From Octopus vulgaris (Eukaryota): a stretch of 64,000 bases of DNA. The stretch is from contig OX597814.1 of the NCBI GenBank assembly GCA_951406725.2, positions 149,296,001 through 149,360,000 on the forward strand, written 5' to 3'. Every line of letters starts with the position of its first letter. The first letter of the stretch is position 1. Position numbers and translations under genes: made by a program. Under the pieces are notes generated by a model that saw only the letters and a list, made by a program, of their open reading frames with translations, had not been told where the DNA came from and ran no database searches. Of this stretch, positions 13,496 to 28,600 are shown piece after piece.

Positions 13496-14892
13496 TGTAT
13501 ACAGTCGAATACCCTGAATCATCATCATCATCGTCATCATCTTCACCATCGTCATCGTGGTCATTTAGTTGATCTTCCCTACCTTCTGGTCCATACCTTC
13601 TCCTTCGCAACATGACCTTCCCACCAATTCCTTCTCTTCTTTATCAACGGCATCATCATCATCATCACCACCATTTCTTTTGCAAAATGTGATAATCGGT
13701 TCTTTGACGAGATTATATCTAACGCCGTTAACCTAGAAAAACCTGTGTTGTCTATTATCCAAACAGTTCATTGCAGTACATACCCATGTTATCATTTCTT
13801 ATCAACAACACCAAGTTTCACATTTTATACCTACCGTTTCCACTTATTTTTAAATTTAAATATTTATGCAGCCGTCCAGCTTGCCAAGCCCTGGTCCAAC
13901 CTCCAACCCATGCCAGCATGGGCAACGGACGTTAAATGATGATGATAATGATGATGACGACTACGATGATGATGGTGATCTTACATATAATTAACCCAGT
14001 ACAGTTTATTTCTTTGTAACAAAATAGCTTTGTATCACAAATGTCCGTGTATTCCTTTTTCGCATTGCATTTTCAAATACTCTCTTAACTGCATCGTTAT
14101 CCGCTCCTGCGCAAGCCATTCAGTGAATACTAGTTTTTATTAGTTTCTTAGAAATAACCCACTGAAGAGCAATAACTAGCAGACTACCTATATACACACG
14201 CACGCACACAACTAGATAAATACATACATGCATACATACATATATGCATTAATAGATTTATAGGTAGATTTATTAATTAATTACATAAATGTAAAAATGT
14301 CCATGCGTCATCTATGATACATATAAACGAGATATATAGATATGTATTAAATAGTAAATTGAAAGAATGTTAAACCTTCGGATTGCAAGAATATAATGAT
14401 TCTCTGTTTCCATATCGAATTTTTAAAACTTGATTATATCAATGGGTATAGATACCTGAATTTCTGTATGGATACAATATTCAGTGATTTGACACGTACA
14501 TGCAATTACGTGTGTTGATATATATACATGTATACATACACATATACAGACACGACAGAAGTAAATAGACACATCATAAAACATCGTTTGAAGTAGGAGA
14601 GTATTGTAGTTCGCTCGAAGCATTGTGTATTGTTTGTAAAGAATAAAAAATTTTGAATGGTACAACAATGCAATATAATACAGACAATGGACTATATACT
14701 TGTTGTAATGTAGTCATCCATAGTCTGATATGATATTTCAGAATAATATTCCTTCTTCAGATATTCTAACGGCTTTGCTTCTTCATTTTGTGGAAGCCTC
14801 TCAGCAGTGAAGTTTATTTTAACTTATAAAGGTTTATATTTTTTATTAATTGACATTTTTATGTTTTAGGTTCAAAATTTGACTGCTTAATC

Positions 14893-15760
14893 ATGCCACA
14901 TACAAAAGAAACCTTGGAAGTGTCCGAATTTCAAATACGATGTTTTGTGGGTCAATCCGAAGGTGGACTAAGTCAGAGTAAAATCGTAGAAAACCTTGGG
15001 ATCCCGGTTTCTACATTTGATAGAGTGATTGTGCAATTGACCAGAGAGGGAAAGGAGTCCAGATGACCTCGCCCAGGTTGACCAGAGGCCTGTGATAGGA
15101 CTCTTCGCTTCTTTAAGAGGATAATTGTCATGTCAAGGCCTCTGACATAGCAGAACAAGTTAATTTCAGTCCCAGAACAGCTGTCAGGTATGTCCACAAA
15201 CTTGGGCTACTATGGCAGAGCAGTAAGCAGGAAACCACTTCTTCGACTAGCCAATATCAAGCGGAAAAAAGATTGGTCCAGTGAGATGGTGGAAAGGCCA
15301 CTAGCATATTCTGCGAAGAGTCCACTGTCATATTCTGCGAAGAGTCCAGATTCGCTCTATTTCCTGACAGGAGTCGGGTGTGGGTTTGGAGGCACTGTGA
15401 TCAAGAATCTGACGTGAAAAGATTGCTGCCGACAATGAAACACGACATCTATTCTGTGATGTCTGGAGAACAATTTGGAGCAATGGTTGATCAGAGTCGG
15501 TAGAGTGCGAAGGAAGCATAAACTCAGATAAATATGAGTCCGTACTGTAGAAAACTCTATTTAATCTTCTCCAGTGGGGAAATGATTAAAGAAGATGTGG
15601 TTCCTGTGGTTTATATAAGATGTGGTTCCTTGTCACACAGCTAAAAATATCCAAGACTGGTTGGAAGAGAATGGCATTAGGAAGCTTCCATGATCAAGCC
15701 ACTCAACAGATATGAACTCTATTGAACAACTCTGGGGCATAATGGACAGAAAAGTTCATA
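14893..15760 (+). pseudogene. Decayed Tc1-family (DD34E-type) transposase
   Basis: MPHTKE..SEFQIRCFVGQSEGGLSQSKIVENLGIPVST (HTH), LGYYGRAVSRKPLLR, IFCEESRF, and WLEENGIRKLP*SSHSTDMNSIEQLW; multiple stops and frameshifts; no TIRs recognised. Confidence 0.8.
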
Positions 15761-17221
15761 AAAAGAAAAAGAAAGCATCCTATATTCGACTGGGCGAGTG
15801 ACATATTTTCGTTGAAAACTGTTAATAAATTTAGCAAATACATTAATACCTCTCCCAAATATTGCTAAACTCATAAAGTTACATAATTGGCAAGTGTTGT
15901 TTCGCAAAATTACATACGCTCGAAATGATATTCAAACATTCAGATGTAACATTGCTGTTTGAATAAAGTGAGTGAAAAGCTCTTTTGAACAGATTATTGC
16001 TAAAAGTTGGAAACTGCTTAGACTACTTTGGTAGTCAGTGCGTAAGCGCTGAGATGCACGTGCCGGAACATACAGACCTCAGACAAGCATTATTACATGC
16101 AATAAAAAGAAAACTAAAGCGAATCGCCGTTAGCCAGAATATTCCCAGTCGATACTCTAAACTGTCAAAAAGCAAATTCCAGTTAACCTATCAAGCTGTC
16201 TGCCTTGGACTTTGGTATCTAATAATTATTAACGTAGATTATGTACATCGCTGAAATCTTTCAGCTTGCAAAGCGTTACTTACTCGTACTTATCTCGGGG
16301 ACAACTCTAAATTTAAATTATCTATATGCTACAGAACAAAGATGGCGCTTCCTTGCAAATCCAAGCTGTTGGTGAATACTTTCCATAGCAGATAATTCTC
16401 AACTGAATTCCTACGAACGATACGAGAATAAAAAAAAAACGAAAAAACGAAGGTTTAGGTTGGTAATAGAACTACGCAATAAAGGAGAGGAATGAGAGAA
16501 TATTTGATATTTTAGTGGGTCAGCTATAATGGAGATAGCTATGTAAATTCTTTTCGCAAGAGTATTATTAACGACATGAACGAAGGGATATGAACGAAGG
16601 GAAATTAAAGAATCTCCAATTGATCGTAGGTTTGACTTACAGGGAGCTTACATCTTATTCAACGGCACACGTTACTTGCATGTATAATAATGAAACTAGT
16701 TTTCTATAGAGGAAATGGCCAGATGACTTGAAGTACATTCAACATAGCTTGGCTTCGTTACTAAAAAAAATACATAAATCGCTGTCAATTTATATTTATT
16801 TCTTACACATTAGATTAGTTTTATTTTTCTTCTTTTTTTTGGCTTTATTTGGTTTGCATTTAATCTTTATTTTTTACTCAAGTATTTTTTTACTTCTTCA
16901 GATTTCAATTTGCGTAGATAAATTTCAACGGAATTTGTAACATCTAATTGCTAATGCATGTTGTTGGTTTCAGAAGTATATGTACATTTATTGAGATAAA
17001 CACTGATATATTTTCGTTATACGAAAGTAACAGGCGGAAACAATATTAGGAAAGAAAAATGAGTAAGCTATGTAAGTGACATGTAAACAAATCACTAACG
17101 CTGCTAACATATACATACCTATATGTTATACCCATACAAGAGTTATCATTTTACAGTGGATATTTCTGAACACGTGCACGCACGCACTCACGCACTCACG
17201 CACGCACGCACACATACACAA

Positions 17222-17255
<34 letters not shown>

Positions 17256-17404
17256 GCACACAAAACATAAAAAAATGTGGGAATTCACTGAATTTATACA
17301 TACTACATTTGTGTGAAGATATATTTATATACGTGTAGCTGTTCAAATATGTCCACATTTGAAGATATATGTAAATACGTGTGTTTTAACGTGTGTGTAT
17401 GCGA

Positions 17405-17460
<56 letters not shown>

Positions 17461-17605
17461 ATGTGTGTGTGTGTGTGTGTGTGCGTGTGTGTGCGTGTGT
17501 GAGATTAGTCGTGTACTTTTATGCATATGTTCGAGTAGCTTTGAATATATATGCAGGCTAAGCCTACATACGTACATTCATTCATACATAGATTTATATG
17601 TATAT

Positions 17606-17682
<77 letters not shown>

Positions 17683-17952
17683 CACATCTATATATATATA
17701 AATATATATGTGTGTGTCTGTATGTCTCTATATATGTACGTATGTATATAGATGCTATTACCAATGTACTCAGTGGGAATTTTGTATGTATTCTTGACAT
17801 ATTCCCAACTATTTCAAACACACACGCACTCACACACGTCCCCCAAATGAACTCACTTAGCTGTCTTTCTTTCGCTTCTTCTATGCGTATGTTCATATAT
17901 GCATATGTGTGCATATAAATACGTCCATACATATGCATACACACACACACAT

Positions 17953-17993
<41 letters not shown>

Positions 17994-20900
17994 AGAAAGT
18001 AGAGGCATGTCTGCACTAGTGTGCATATGTGTGCATTTGTAATGTATGTATGCATGATTGTATATCAGTAAATATGCCATGATGAAATCATTTAAAAGCA
18101 CCTTAAGTATATACAAACACAGAAAAGTGAAGAGAGTGAGAGGCTTAGTTTGATAGGGGAAAAAGAAATGTGTAGAATATATAGAAAAGGCAAGAGAATA
18201 ACTGATGGACACGCACAACACATGCCCAAACATACATATACAAACTCCGTACGAGCGGACGCATACATGCACGCACATGTAAACACTAAAGGCAAAGAAA
18301 AAGAGATGAATCTAGAGAGGGAAAAAATCGTAGGAAGAACGAATCAATGCTATGCCAAAATGTACTTTTATACTTTTACAAGGCAATGTTCAATCTCGTA
18401 ATGGAAAACTTCGCGAATATCTAAGACTGCTGCCTCCGTTCCACTCCGTAAGATACTCGACAAGACATAAATTATCATTCTACTGCTCTCGAGGGATTTC
18501 CAGGATTTTTTCTCAGCACTTTACATCTTTAACCAATATATGTACTCATTCATGAATATGTAGGTATACCGTGTTTTGGTCTGTTTTTTTTTGCTATATG
18601 TACATGTATATATATTTTTTAAAACTTACTAAAGCATTTTGAATTATTAGTGGCGACATTTTTTCCTCTAGGTATTTAATTCATGATCAAGAAGGAAAAA
18701 TTGTCTATTTAAAAGATTATCTTTTCTTCTAAACCACATGTCCTTAATGTTGATCGTAGATTATGGTATAAATGGGATTACATACACCAGAATATTCAAA
18801 AATAATGGAACACAGCGGCGCAAATGGTCTACATTTGTTTAAACTTTATACACAAACAATGATAGTATTTGTCTTCTGAAGATTTATCACTTGATCTCCA
18901 TCATTTATTCTCACTACTAACAATTATGGGTTTGCCTGACTCTAAATCGAACACAAATCTCAGCATCGTTGTCGATACGAAGTTTCAGGTTCTCTCCCAG
19001 TGCGCCGAAATTTGGTATGTGATCATAACCTCGAGCCAACGAAAGCATTTTGAATGACATTTGGCGAATGCATTTTGAGTGAACTGTATAGTAGCATATT
19101 AGATATATGGTTCATGTTATCGATTGATTGTCTAATCTGTCATCCTGTTTAACAATGCCTCTTGGACTCTTGGTCACTTTAGAGTTGTACACTATGTCCC
19201 ATTCTTCAGGCTCGGCCTACAGATTTGAAGCAATGTCCTCCCTTACACATATTAGAACTAAACACCCTGAATAACAGCACATCTTCGGCTGTGGTGTTCA
19301 AAACGAATAAAAGAAGCAAAAACAGAATGTTGATTAAATTGAGTGGAACTATTATCGCAAGTCAGCAACAAATATTTAAAAGCACAAAAATTTGAATTTT
19401 GTATCAGAATTATATATATATTATACCTCCGTTTATGCTCTGTCTTTGTTGTGTGTTTGTGTGTGAGCTGTTGCGAGGTTTATATATTACTAAGGACATT
19501 AACTGGATTTCAAATCTCTTGTTGTCAAGTAAGCAGAAGCATGATATAGATAATACAATAAATCTGTGGATCAAGGTGTCCATTTAATCGTTCAGCTGAT
19601 TACCTTTATGATTCGACTCGACCAGGGACTACGCAACATTAATTCCTGCATTGCAGTTTCGATGAACCGGAAACGTGCACAAACTCATAAAGAAATGTTG
19701 ATAGACATTTTTTTTTTATTTAGTACGAATATTTCATGACTTTAGGACTTGTTTTTAGCTCCTGGTCAGCTAAGGTCGAGCAGAAACTTCTTTCTTTTTT
19801 CTTCTCTTTCTTTTTGTGTGTGTATGTATTGCCTACCATGTTATCCTATGCATTATTATTTTGACAGTACGGCTTCATTTTATGGAAATTTGGCTGTTAT
19901 CTCAAGCAGGACGTGTGCCCGTTTAAAGGTTCCCTTGTGATTTCATGAAACGAAGATATTGGTAATTATGGTGGTCTTGGATTTTCCATGGACAGAATAT
20001 TTCAACTTGCTCGGCAGTTTTCGCCATACTATTCGTTGAATTATTGATCGAAATTCCTTGTCGCATTATTTTGTTTTAACAATAGCGGAAGATTCGCTCT
20101 CCTTTTCACCACAGAATTAATGTTAGTGATTGCTTGTTACTCAGAAATTCTTTTAATCCCTAGTCAAATCTTCTTTTAAACATTACCAACTGCATGTAAG
20201 GGAAATTAACATCTGTTTAAAAGGAAATAAAAGTCAATGACATGTTTGATGAGATGCCAGTCTCAGTGGAAGCTGTGCAAGCACTTGTTGATACTGTTTG
20301 TTCACATGCATCATTGATTTGTGCGTGTAGTGTTTTATTTCTATTGCAAAGCATACTTTTTCTAACAAGCCTCTTCATGTGGATCACAAACCAATTATGT
20401 CTCCTCATACACAGGAAAACACAACACAAATGTTGATAAATCATTGAAGAGAAATAACAATATAAATGAAATCGAATACATTAAATTATGATATTTTTTC
20501 TCGTTTTCTTCTTATTTACTTTTATGGAAGCAATTTTGCCACTGACTGGATTGTTCAGGCACCGAATTAAACAAATGACAAGGTCAAAAAATTAAGGATA
20601 CACTTTTCCAAAATATCTTCGTCGTGGAAATACAAGAACAACTCAACCATTAAACTTAGACTGGAATTGTATCTCAGGGAGACGTTTTCCAAGTCTGGAT
20701 GTCTCACACTTTATCGCATTAGTGCCTGTGTCATACGATCAAAATGCGTGTCTCTCACAAGACACACCGATCTAGCTTTAGATCACGGATCAGTAAAGTA
20801 TGCTATTGAAAATGGCTGAAACAAGAAAATACTACAATGAGGGAGTTTGAAGGAGATTGATACACACTACTTCAACCAGCAGCCCATTCACATTCAGATT

Positions 20901-21145
20901 CTGTCATATTTTATAAAAACGAAGGGCGTTTAAACAAAAATATTCTGGAGTACAGTATGCTTACAAAAGATACAGAGTATTTTATCATAGGTTTCTTAAA
21001 CATAAGTTGTCTAAATGCTAAATGCTAATACCAATTTCCACGAGTTTCTCTGCGTCCAGAGTTTCAGTACGAAATTACAGCTAAATAATATGATCGCAAC
21101 ATTTTGTAGCAGAAAACTAAGGATACATTAGATAAATTACTATCT

Positions 21146-22392
21146 GGTCATTAAGCATGAAATGTCTGATTTCGAACTGAAAGTTTATTTTACTTTATCT
21201 CAACAAAAAGCAATGCAGTTAATGAAAATATGCAGCTTAATTATCAACAAATTTTGTCTTTTATTTGTAGTTTATTTATGCCGACAGCGAAGAACTCTGG
21301 AGAGCACGAGGTGATGATATCACGAAAGACTGTTTTTGCATCTTTAGATTTGAAATTTTTTCCTTGCAAAAAGTTGCCTAATGCCTGGAAAATGTGATAG
21401 TTGGTTGGTGCAAGGTCTGGTGAATATAGTTGATGACAGAGTGCGTCTAAGTTCAGTTCCTGTAACTTCAGTAGCGTTCTTTGTGCATCATGTGGCCGAG
21501 CACTGTCTTGCAAGGGAACTGGCTTGTCTCTACTGACCAATCTCGGTTGTTTAATGATTAGTTCATTCATCATTTTATTCAATTGGTCGATGTATACATC
21601 CGCTATAACTGACTTACAAGGTATCATGAAGGTGCAGTGGATGACACCAGCGCGGGACCACCAAGCAGATATCATTAACTTTTTTTAGAGAATATTCTTT
21701 TTTGGATTGTGTTTTGGCACTTCGTCTCTATCCAACCACCGTGCAGAACGCTTGCTATTGTTGAAAAGAATCCATTTTTCATTACACATAACAACACGAT
21801 GCAAAAATTGTTTCATACCGTGACAGCAAATAACAGGTTTCAAGATGACATGTCATTTGATGCTCGCTCATTTCATGTGGTACCCACTTGTCCAGCTTCT
21901 TTACCTTGCCGATTTATTTCAGATGGTGCAATGCGGTGGGAATTGAAACATCAAACTTTGCTGCTAACGCATGCGTAGTTTGAGATGTATCCGCCTCCAC
22001 GACAGTTTCCAGCTCATCATTATCCACCTTGGTCTCAGGTCTATCACGTGGCTGATTTTCAAGAGTAAAGTTACCAGACCGGAACTTCTCAAACCATCGA
22101 TGTACAGGGCGCTCATTCGCCACATCTTCACCAAACATTTCATTCATGGTTCGAGCTGTCTAGGATACATTGGCTCCACGACGGAACTCATATTTATAAG
22201 TAACACGAATTTTTTATTTATCCATGAGTCCACAAAAATTGATTTACAGGAGAAAACTCACAATATAATCAGACACAATGAATTGCATTTCGAAAACTTA
22301 TGATTTTACTCTTCAGTGTCGTAAAACAAAGAATTGCCATGATAAAACAAACTTGTATCATAAGAAAATCGGACATTTCATTCTTGGTAGCC
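21146..22392 (-). mobile_element. Full-length decayed mariner transposon (~1.25 kb)
   Basis: Imperfect TIRs at 21146-21173 (ggtcattaagcatgaaatgtctgatttc) and 22364-22392 (rc ggctaccaagaatgaaatgtccgattttc) enclose the transposase relic. Confidence 0.85.
21244..22225 (-). pseudogene. Mariner (DD34D-type) transposase pseudogene
   Basis: MDK*KIRVTYKYEFRRG, WFEKFRSG, KLDKWVPHEM, CNEKWI, LQDSARPH, YSPDLAPTNYHIF; stops and frameshifts. Confidence 0.9.
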
Positions 22393-22644
22393 TTGTCGAT
22401 AGGCTATATTTTGAATATAATAGCATGGCACATTTTACATGATGGAAGAAGTTGATCATGGTCAAGCAAAGACTGAACAGTAGCAGCTTCAACAAGTATC
22501 TGTTGCTCTTATTATTTTTGTTGATTAGTCTAATGCCTTAATTAGAAAATCTGTAAAGATATTCAATTTGTAAATATGACTTATTTAGAAGAATGAATGA
22601 CTACATCATCTAATGTACTTTTCATCATTGACTATTCACAACTT

Positions 22645-22835
22645 TCAGTCGTTAGACTGTTGTCATGCTCCAGCACCGCCTTGAGAGATCAGTCGAACAG
22701 ATAGACCCCCAATACTTACTTTTAAACTCTACACTTATTCCATCGGTTACTTAGGCCGAACCAATATGTTACGGGAACTTAAACAAAACAACACAAATTT
22801 TCAAGCGGTAGTGAAGCGGAAACATTAACACAAAG
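22645..22835 (-). mobile_element. SINE family B-related 3' part, decayed
   Basis: tttcagtcgttagactg..catgctccagcaccgcc..gacccc..acttattc is the reverse complement of the family B 3' end. Confidence 0.6.
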
Positions 22836-22911
22836 ACTTACATACTCATACACGTGCATACACTCACACAGGTATATGTATGTATGTACTTATATATATG
22901 TATATATATGC

Positions 22912-22962
<51 letters not shown>

Positions 22963-23005
22963 TATACATATACATACATAATACACACACGTACAGACAG
23001 AGACA

Positions 23006-23059
<54 letters not shown>

Positions 23060-23168
23060 CACACGAGTAAGTGCATAAATGGCAAACAAGGTGGAAAAAA
23101 ATAGTATTCGAATACCGGAGGTAGAGTAACGTGCATTTTTTTTCAAAGCAGCAACAACATCAAAGGAA

Positions 23169-23208
23169 CCTGCTGCTCAGAGTTCACGTTCCCATTCGTC
23201 GGGCAATT
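23169..23208 (-). ncRNA. Degenerate HHR (P1, left arm)
   Basis: Minus strand: ttgc-CCGACGA-atg-ggaa-cgt-GAA-ctctgag-ca-gcag. One A of GAAA lost and U16.1 mutated. Confidence 0.5.
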
Positions 23209-23229
23209 GCGATCAAGATTCTTGATCAC

Positions 23230-23271
23230 AACTGCCTGACGAACAGGAACCTGAAACTCTCAGTAGCAGTT
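23230..23271 (+). ncRNA. Type I HHR (P1, right arm)
   Basis: Stem I aactgc/gcagtt (6 bp); CTGACGA 23236-23242; damaged stem II; GAAA 23253-23256; stem III act/agt; GUA 23263-23265. Confidence 0.65.
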
Positions 23272-23380
23272 TTTTTTATGTTTTTGCAGCTTTCATAATA
23301 AAAAAAAAATGTATATTACTCTACCTCCGGTATTCAACTACTATTCTTTCCACCTTGTTTGGCATTTATGTGCATATTCG

Positions 23381-23435
<55 letters not shown>

Positions 23436-23440
23436 GTATA

Positions 23441-23513
<73 letters not shown>

Positions 23514-23523
23514 ATGTGTGTAT

Positions 23524-23700
23524 AGTCAATTCAAATAAACGAATAAAAATAAACGAAAAGAAAACGAACGTGAGGACATGCACAAGAAATATATTAGCTT
23601 AAAGCTCGTTTCAAGCATAGCTCTTCATCAGAAAGAAGGGAAAAGATGGAAAAGAAATCGCCAGTGGCACGATTGCTGTTATATTGCTGATATATTTGGC
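23524..23700 (-). mobile_element. PLE pseudo-LTR, family P4-related, with partial HHR (23607-23636)
   Basis: Minus strand: tcttt-CTGATGA-a-gagc-tat-gctt-GAAA-cg, then the cleavage site is deleted; similar to 38776-38810 and 39975-40012. Confidence 0.6.
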
Positions 23701-24216
23701 TGTGAGGTAAGAAGGCGCCGATGCATATATATTACGGGCTTCTTTCAATTTTTACCTCCCAAATTCCTCCCAAATTTATTCACATGGCGCTGGCATACTC
23801 TAATTAATTATCGAGAGGTAGGATTTGAAGGAAAACTCGGAAACAGTTTCCAAGCAAGTTATCTACAGAAAAAGTATGACTATGCTATGTATGTTTTCAG
23901 CGAGGATGTATACTTCATTATCCTCTTCCAATATACAAAAGATGATAAATGATCATTCCTGAAACTCTATAAAAAAAAGCGTGATGTTAATCAAATATGT
24001 CATAAAGAAAAATTGTTTTCCTCGAAAACTATTTGTGAGTTTGGAGAACTGGAATTCTATTTATCAAATACCATCATGCAAACATTCACAGATATTCGTT
24101 CAGACATTCGCATGCGCATAAATACAAAGACAAATATGTATGAGCCTATGAATTCCTATATGTCTGTATGTATCTATGTATGTATCTATGTATGCATGTA
24201 TGTATCTATCTATCTA

Positions 24217-24299
<83 letters not shown>

Positions 24300-24319
24300 A
24301 TAGATATATGTATATATGA

Positions 24320-24350
<31 letters not shown>

Positions 24351-24426
24351 CATTGACACAAACACACACACACACATCAATATTGATATATGCGCATATA
24401 TCTATATCTATATCTATATCTATATA

Positions 24427-24498
<72 letters not shown>

Positions 24499-24613
24499 TC
24501 TATCTATCTTTCTCTATGTGTATTTGTGTGTATAATATATACCTATATATATATATATGTGTTTGTGGGGGGCTGTATTCTACAGACACGTACACATATA
24601 TACATATATATAT

Positions 24614-24744
24614 GATCAACCCCGTGAAAGGCCTTGCTGAAATCAAAGTAAATGATATCGGTGTTGGAGCTCTCCTCCAAAGGTCTCACAATATCATCAA
24701 AGTGATGCAGGAGCTGCGTTAGGCAGTTCGTTCCATTACGGAAC
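24614..24744 (-). pseudogene. CR1/L2-type LINE reverse transcriptase fragment (inverted)
   Basis: Minus strand reads FRNGTNCLTQLLHHFDDIVRPLEESSNTDIIYFDFSKAFHGVD. Confidence 0.85.
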
Positions 24745-24789
24745 TTGTATCTTCTCTTGCTAGTCTGTGGAGGAACTCACCGGATGCTG

Positions 24790-25345
24790 TCTATATTCCT
24801 GAAAACTTTCTGTCCCAGTTTTCAAAAAGGGACACGAGTCCCTTGAAGTGAACTACCGTCCGATCTCACCCATTTCTCGTATCATCAAGGTATTTGAGAG
24901 GGTGGTGGGATCACGAATAACCCACTTTATGAAAGCAACAGTTTGGTAAATCCCAACCAACATGAGTTTCGTAATAGAATGAAATGCCTAACGCATCTCC
25001 TGCATCACTTTGATAACATTTTGACAGCTTTGGAAGAGGGGTCCAACACCGATCACCTCTACCTTGATTTCTACAAAGCCTTTGACAGAGCTGATCATAA
25101 GATTCGCTTGAAAAAACCTTTTAACATTGGTGTCTCTGGAAAGTTACTACAAGGGATCAAATGTTTCCTGAAAGACAGAACCCAACACGTTGTAGTCGAA
25201 GGAGTAAAATCAAGACCAGCCAAAGTCAGGAGTGGTTTTCCATAAGGCTCTGTGTTAGGCCCACTTCTTTTCATCTACATCTATGACATTACTGACATCA
25301 TCAAGCAGAGTAAAATAAGAATCTTTCAGATGATTCCAAGCTTGA
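24790..25345 (+). pseudogene. CR1/L2-type LINE reverse transcriptase relic
   Basis: PVFKKG, IIKVFERVV, NPNQHEFR, YLDFYKAFD, SGFP*GSVLGPLLFI and a frameshifted F(A)DD; decayed. Confidence 0.9.
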
Positions 25346-26924
25346 GAAGGTCATCAATGAAGGAACAACAGATGCGGGAAGTAGACTCAAATATATTATT
25401 TGTAGATGACACTTCACAATACTTTGCTCTAATTTTCTCGTTACCTATATTCGAACAATAATGAAAATGGAGACATAAAACTAATTATTTTAACAATATA
25501 CAATTAATGTCTTTATAGAACAATGAATTATGGCTGGTACATGTGGGATAAAAAGGAAATATTATTGTAATCGTTACTTGAAAAAGAAGGGCATTTAACA
25601 GAATACATTCGTAGAAATATGTTAAATTTAGAAAGCAACATACAAGACATATACATCGACATAAACTTTGGAATGTAAAATTTATATTCATAGCTGGTAA
25701 AAAACATAAAGGTGCTGATGAATTAACTCCTGGGGGACAAACGATTTTAGAGATTTTTGAGGTGATACAAAATATGAATATTACGTCGTTACTCCGTCAG
25801 GGGTTGGTTGGTTTGTCGTATCAAATGTATATTTTAGTCAGGTGAAAGCTCCATGCCCATAAACCCTTACGCAGTTTTAGCAGTTTCAAGGAGTGAAAGA
25901 GGGAGAATATTTTCCTGAAACTGATGACAGCCGCAATGTCTGCAACACAGTGGGCTCAGCTAAAGGCACGCACGATAGCAGATGATAGTACTAATCTAAT
26001 TGACTGATTATGTCTACTAGCCATACTGTCAAAATCAGAACGAAAAGGGCTGAAGCAAATACCGTAAGCTACAATACTGCTAATCCACAACGGTAGATGG
26101 ATACAATTGATACTATTTTTCTCGACTCTGAAAGAGTAAATCCAGGGTCTACCACAGTAAAAGGTAACACAAAATCTGTATTTAGACCGCAGAGAGTCAT
26201 AGATAACTGTAAAATACGAATTTCGGAGAGTACCCGCAGGACATTGATCTCAAGTTGTTCACTCTAATAACAGTTCAAGTAAAATAATATGCAAAGTTTC
26301 TCATTTCAACAAAACTTGCAATGCATATCTAATCGAAGGCTATGTGTATTTATGCATCGCTTAGTTTGAATTAGACTAGTGGATTTTATATGCCCTAGAC
26401 CTTGTTTCATTTATAAATGAAATGTTTGTATTTTATCGTAGCTATAAAAGATGTAAGAAAATGTGACCTTCTATATAAGAATTATAGGAATTATATCCAA
26501 AGAATATAAATCATCGCAAAAACCTAATGCCAAAAATCACCCAGGATTTTCTACCGTAGGAGCAAGATTTATTCGAGACAACCTTCTTGTCTAGCGCAAA
26601 ATGAACGTTTGTGAATTAGGCAGATGCTGCAATCACGTCAAATGTATAATCAGATGAATAGGTATAATAATTACAGTTGATAATACAGACCAAAGTGATA
26701 AATATAAGTGCCTCGAGGAATTATAATGACTTGACCAAAAATTGCTTTAGTTCCCAGTTTTATCATTTCCTTGTTACAGGATACATGCAAGTACCCTGTA
26801 AGAGAATTCTCTTTCTCTTTCTCTCTCTCTCCTCTCTCTTTCTCTCTCTCTCCTCTCTCTTTCTCTCTCTCTCTCTCACGCACACACACATACACACACA
26901 TACACATACACATACATGCATATA

Positions 26925-28329
<1,405 letters not shown>

Positions 28330-28399
28330 ATATATAATATTTATATATATACACACACACATAAGAATTTATATATATATAATTTTCAAAGATTTCGTA

Positions 28400-28600
28400 C
28401 AAGCCCAGCAAATTCGGGGAGGGGTTTCCGCGCATTACATCAACCACACTGCTCAACTAGTTCTTATTTTATCAACCCAGAAGGAGGGAACGCAAAGTCT
28501 ACCTCGGCGGAATTTGAAACCAGAACTTAAACACGGACGAAATACCCGTTAAGCATTTTCTTTGCCCGGTCTGCTAAAAACTTTTCCAGCTTGTTGTCTT
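28400..28600 (-). mobile_element. SINE family A
   Basis: aagtctacctcggcggaatttgaaaccagaac..gacgaaatacc..aagcattt is the reverse complement of the family A body. Confidence 0.75.

Larger units (their letters stand above)
23062..23382. mobile_element. Fold-back PLE pseudo-LTR pair, family P1 (two divergent HHRs)
   Basis: About 155-bp arms centred on gatcaaga-t-tcttgatc (centre 23219); both ends in (TA)n; arms homologous to 781-926. Confidence 0.85.

Noticed and set aside
22270-22320. HHR-like CTGAAGA..GAAA on the minus strand in the mariner 5' UTR
   Set aside because: Stem I needs a bulge at the cleavage site and the context is a DNA transposon; probably chance.
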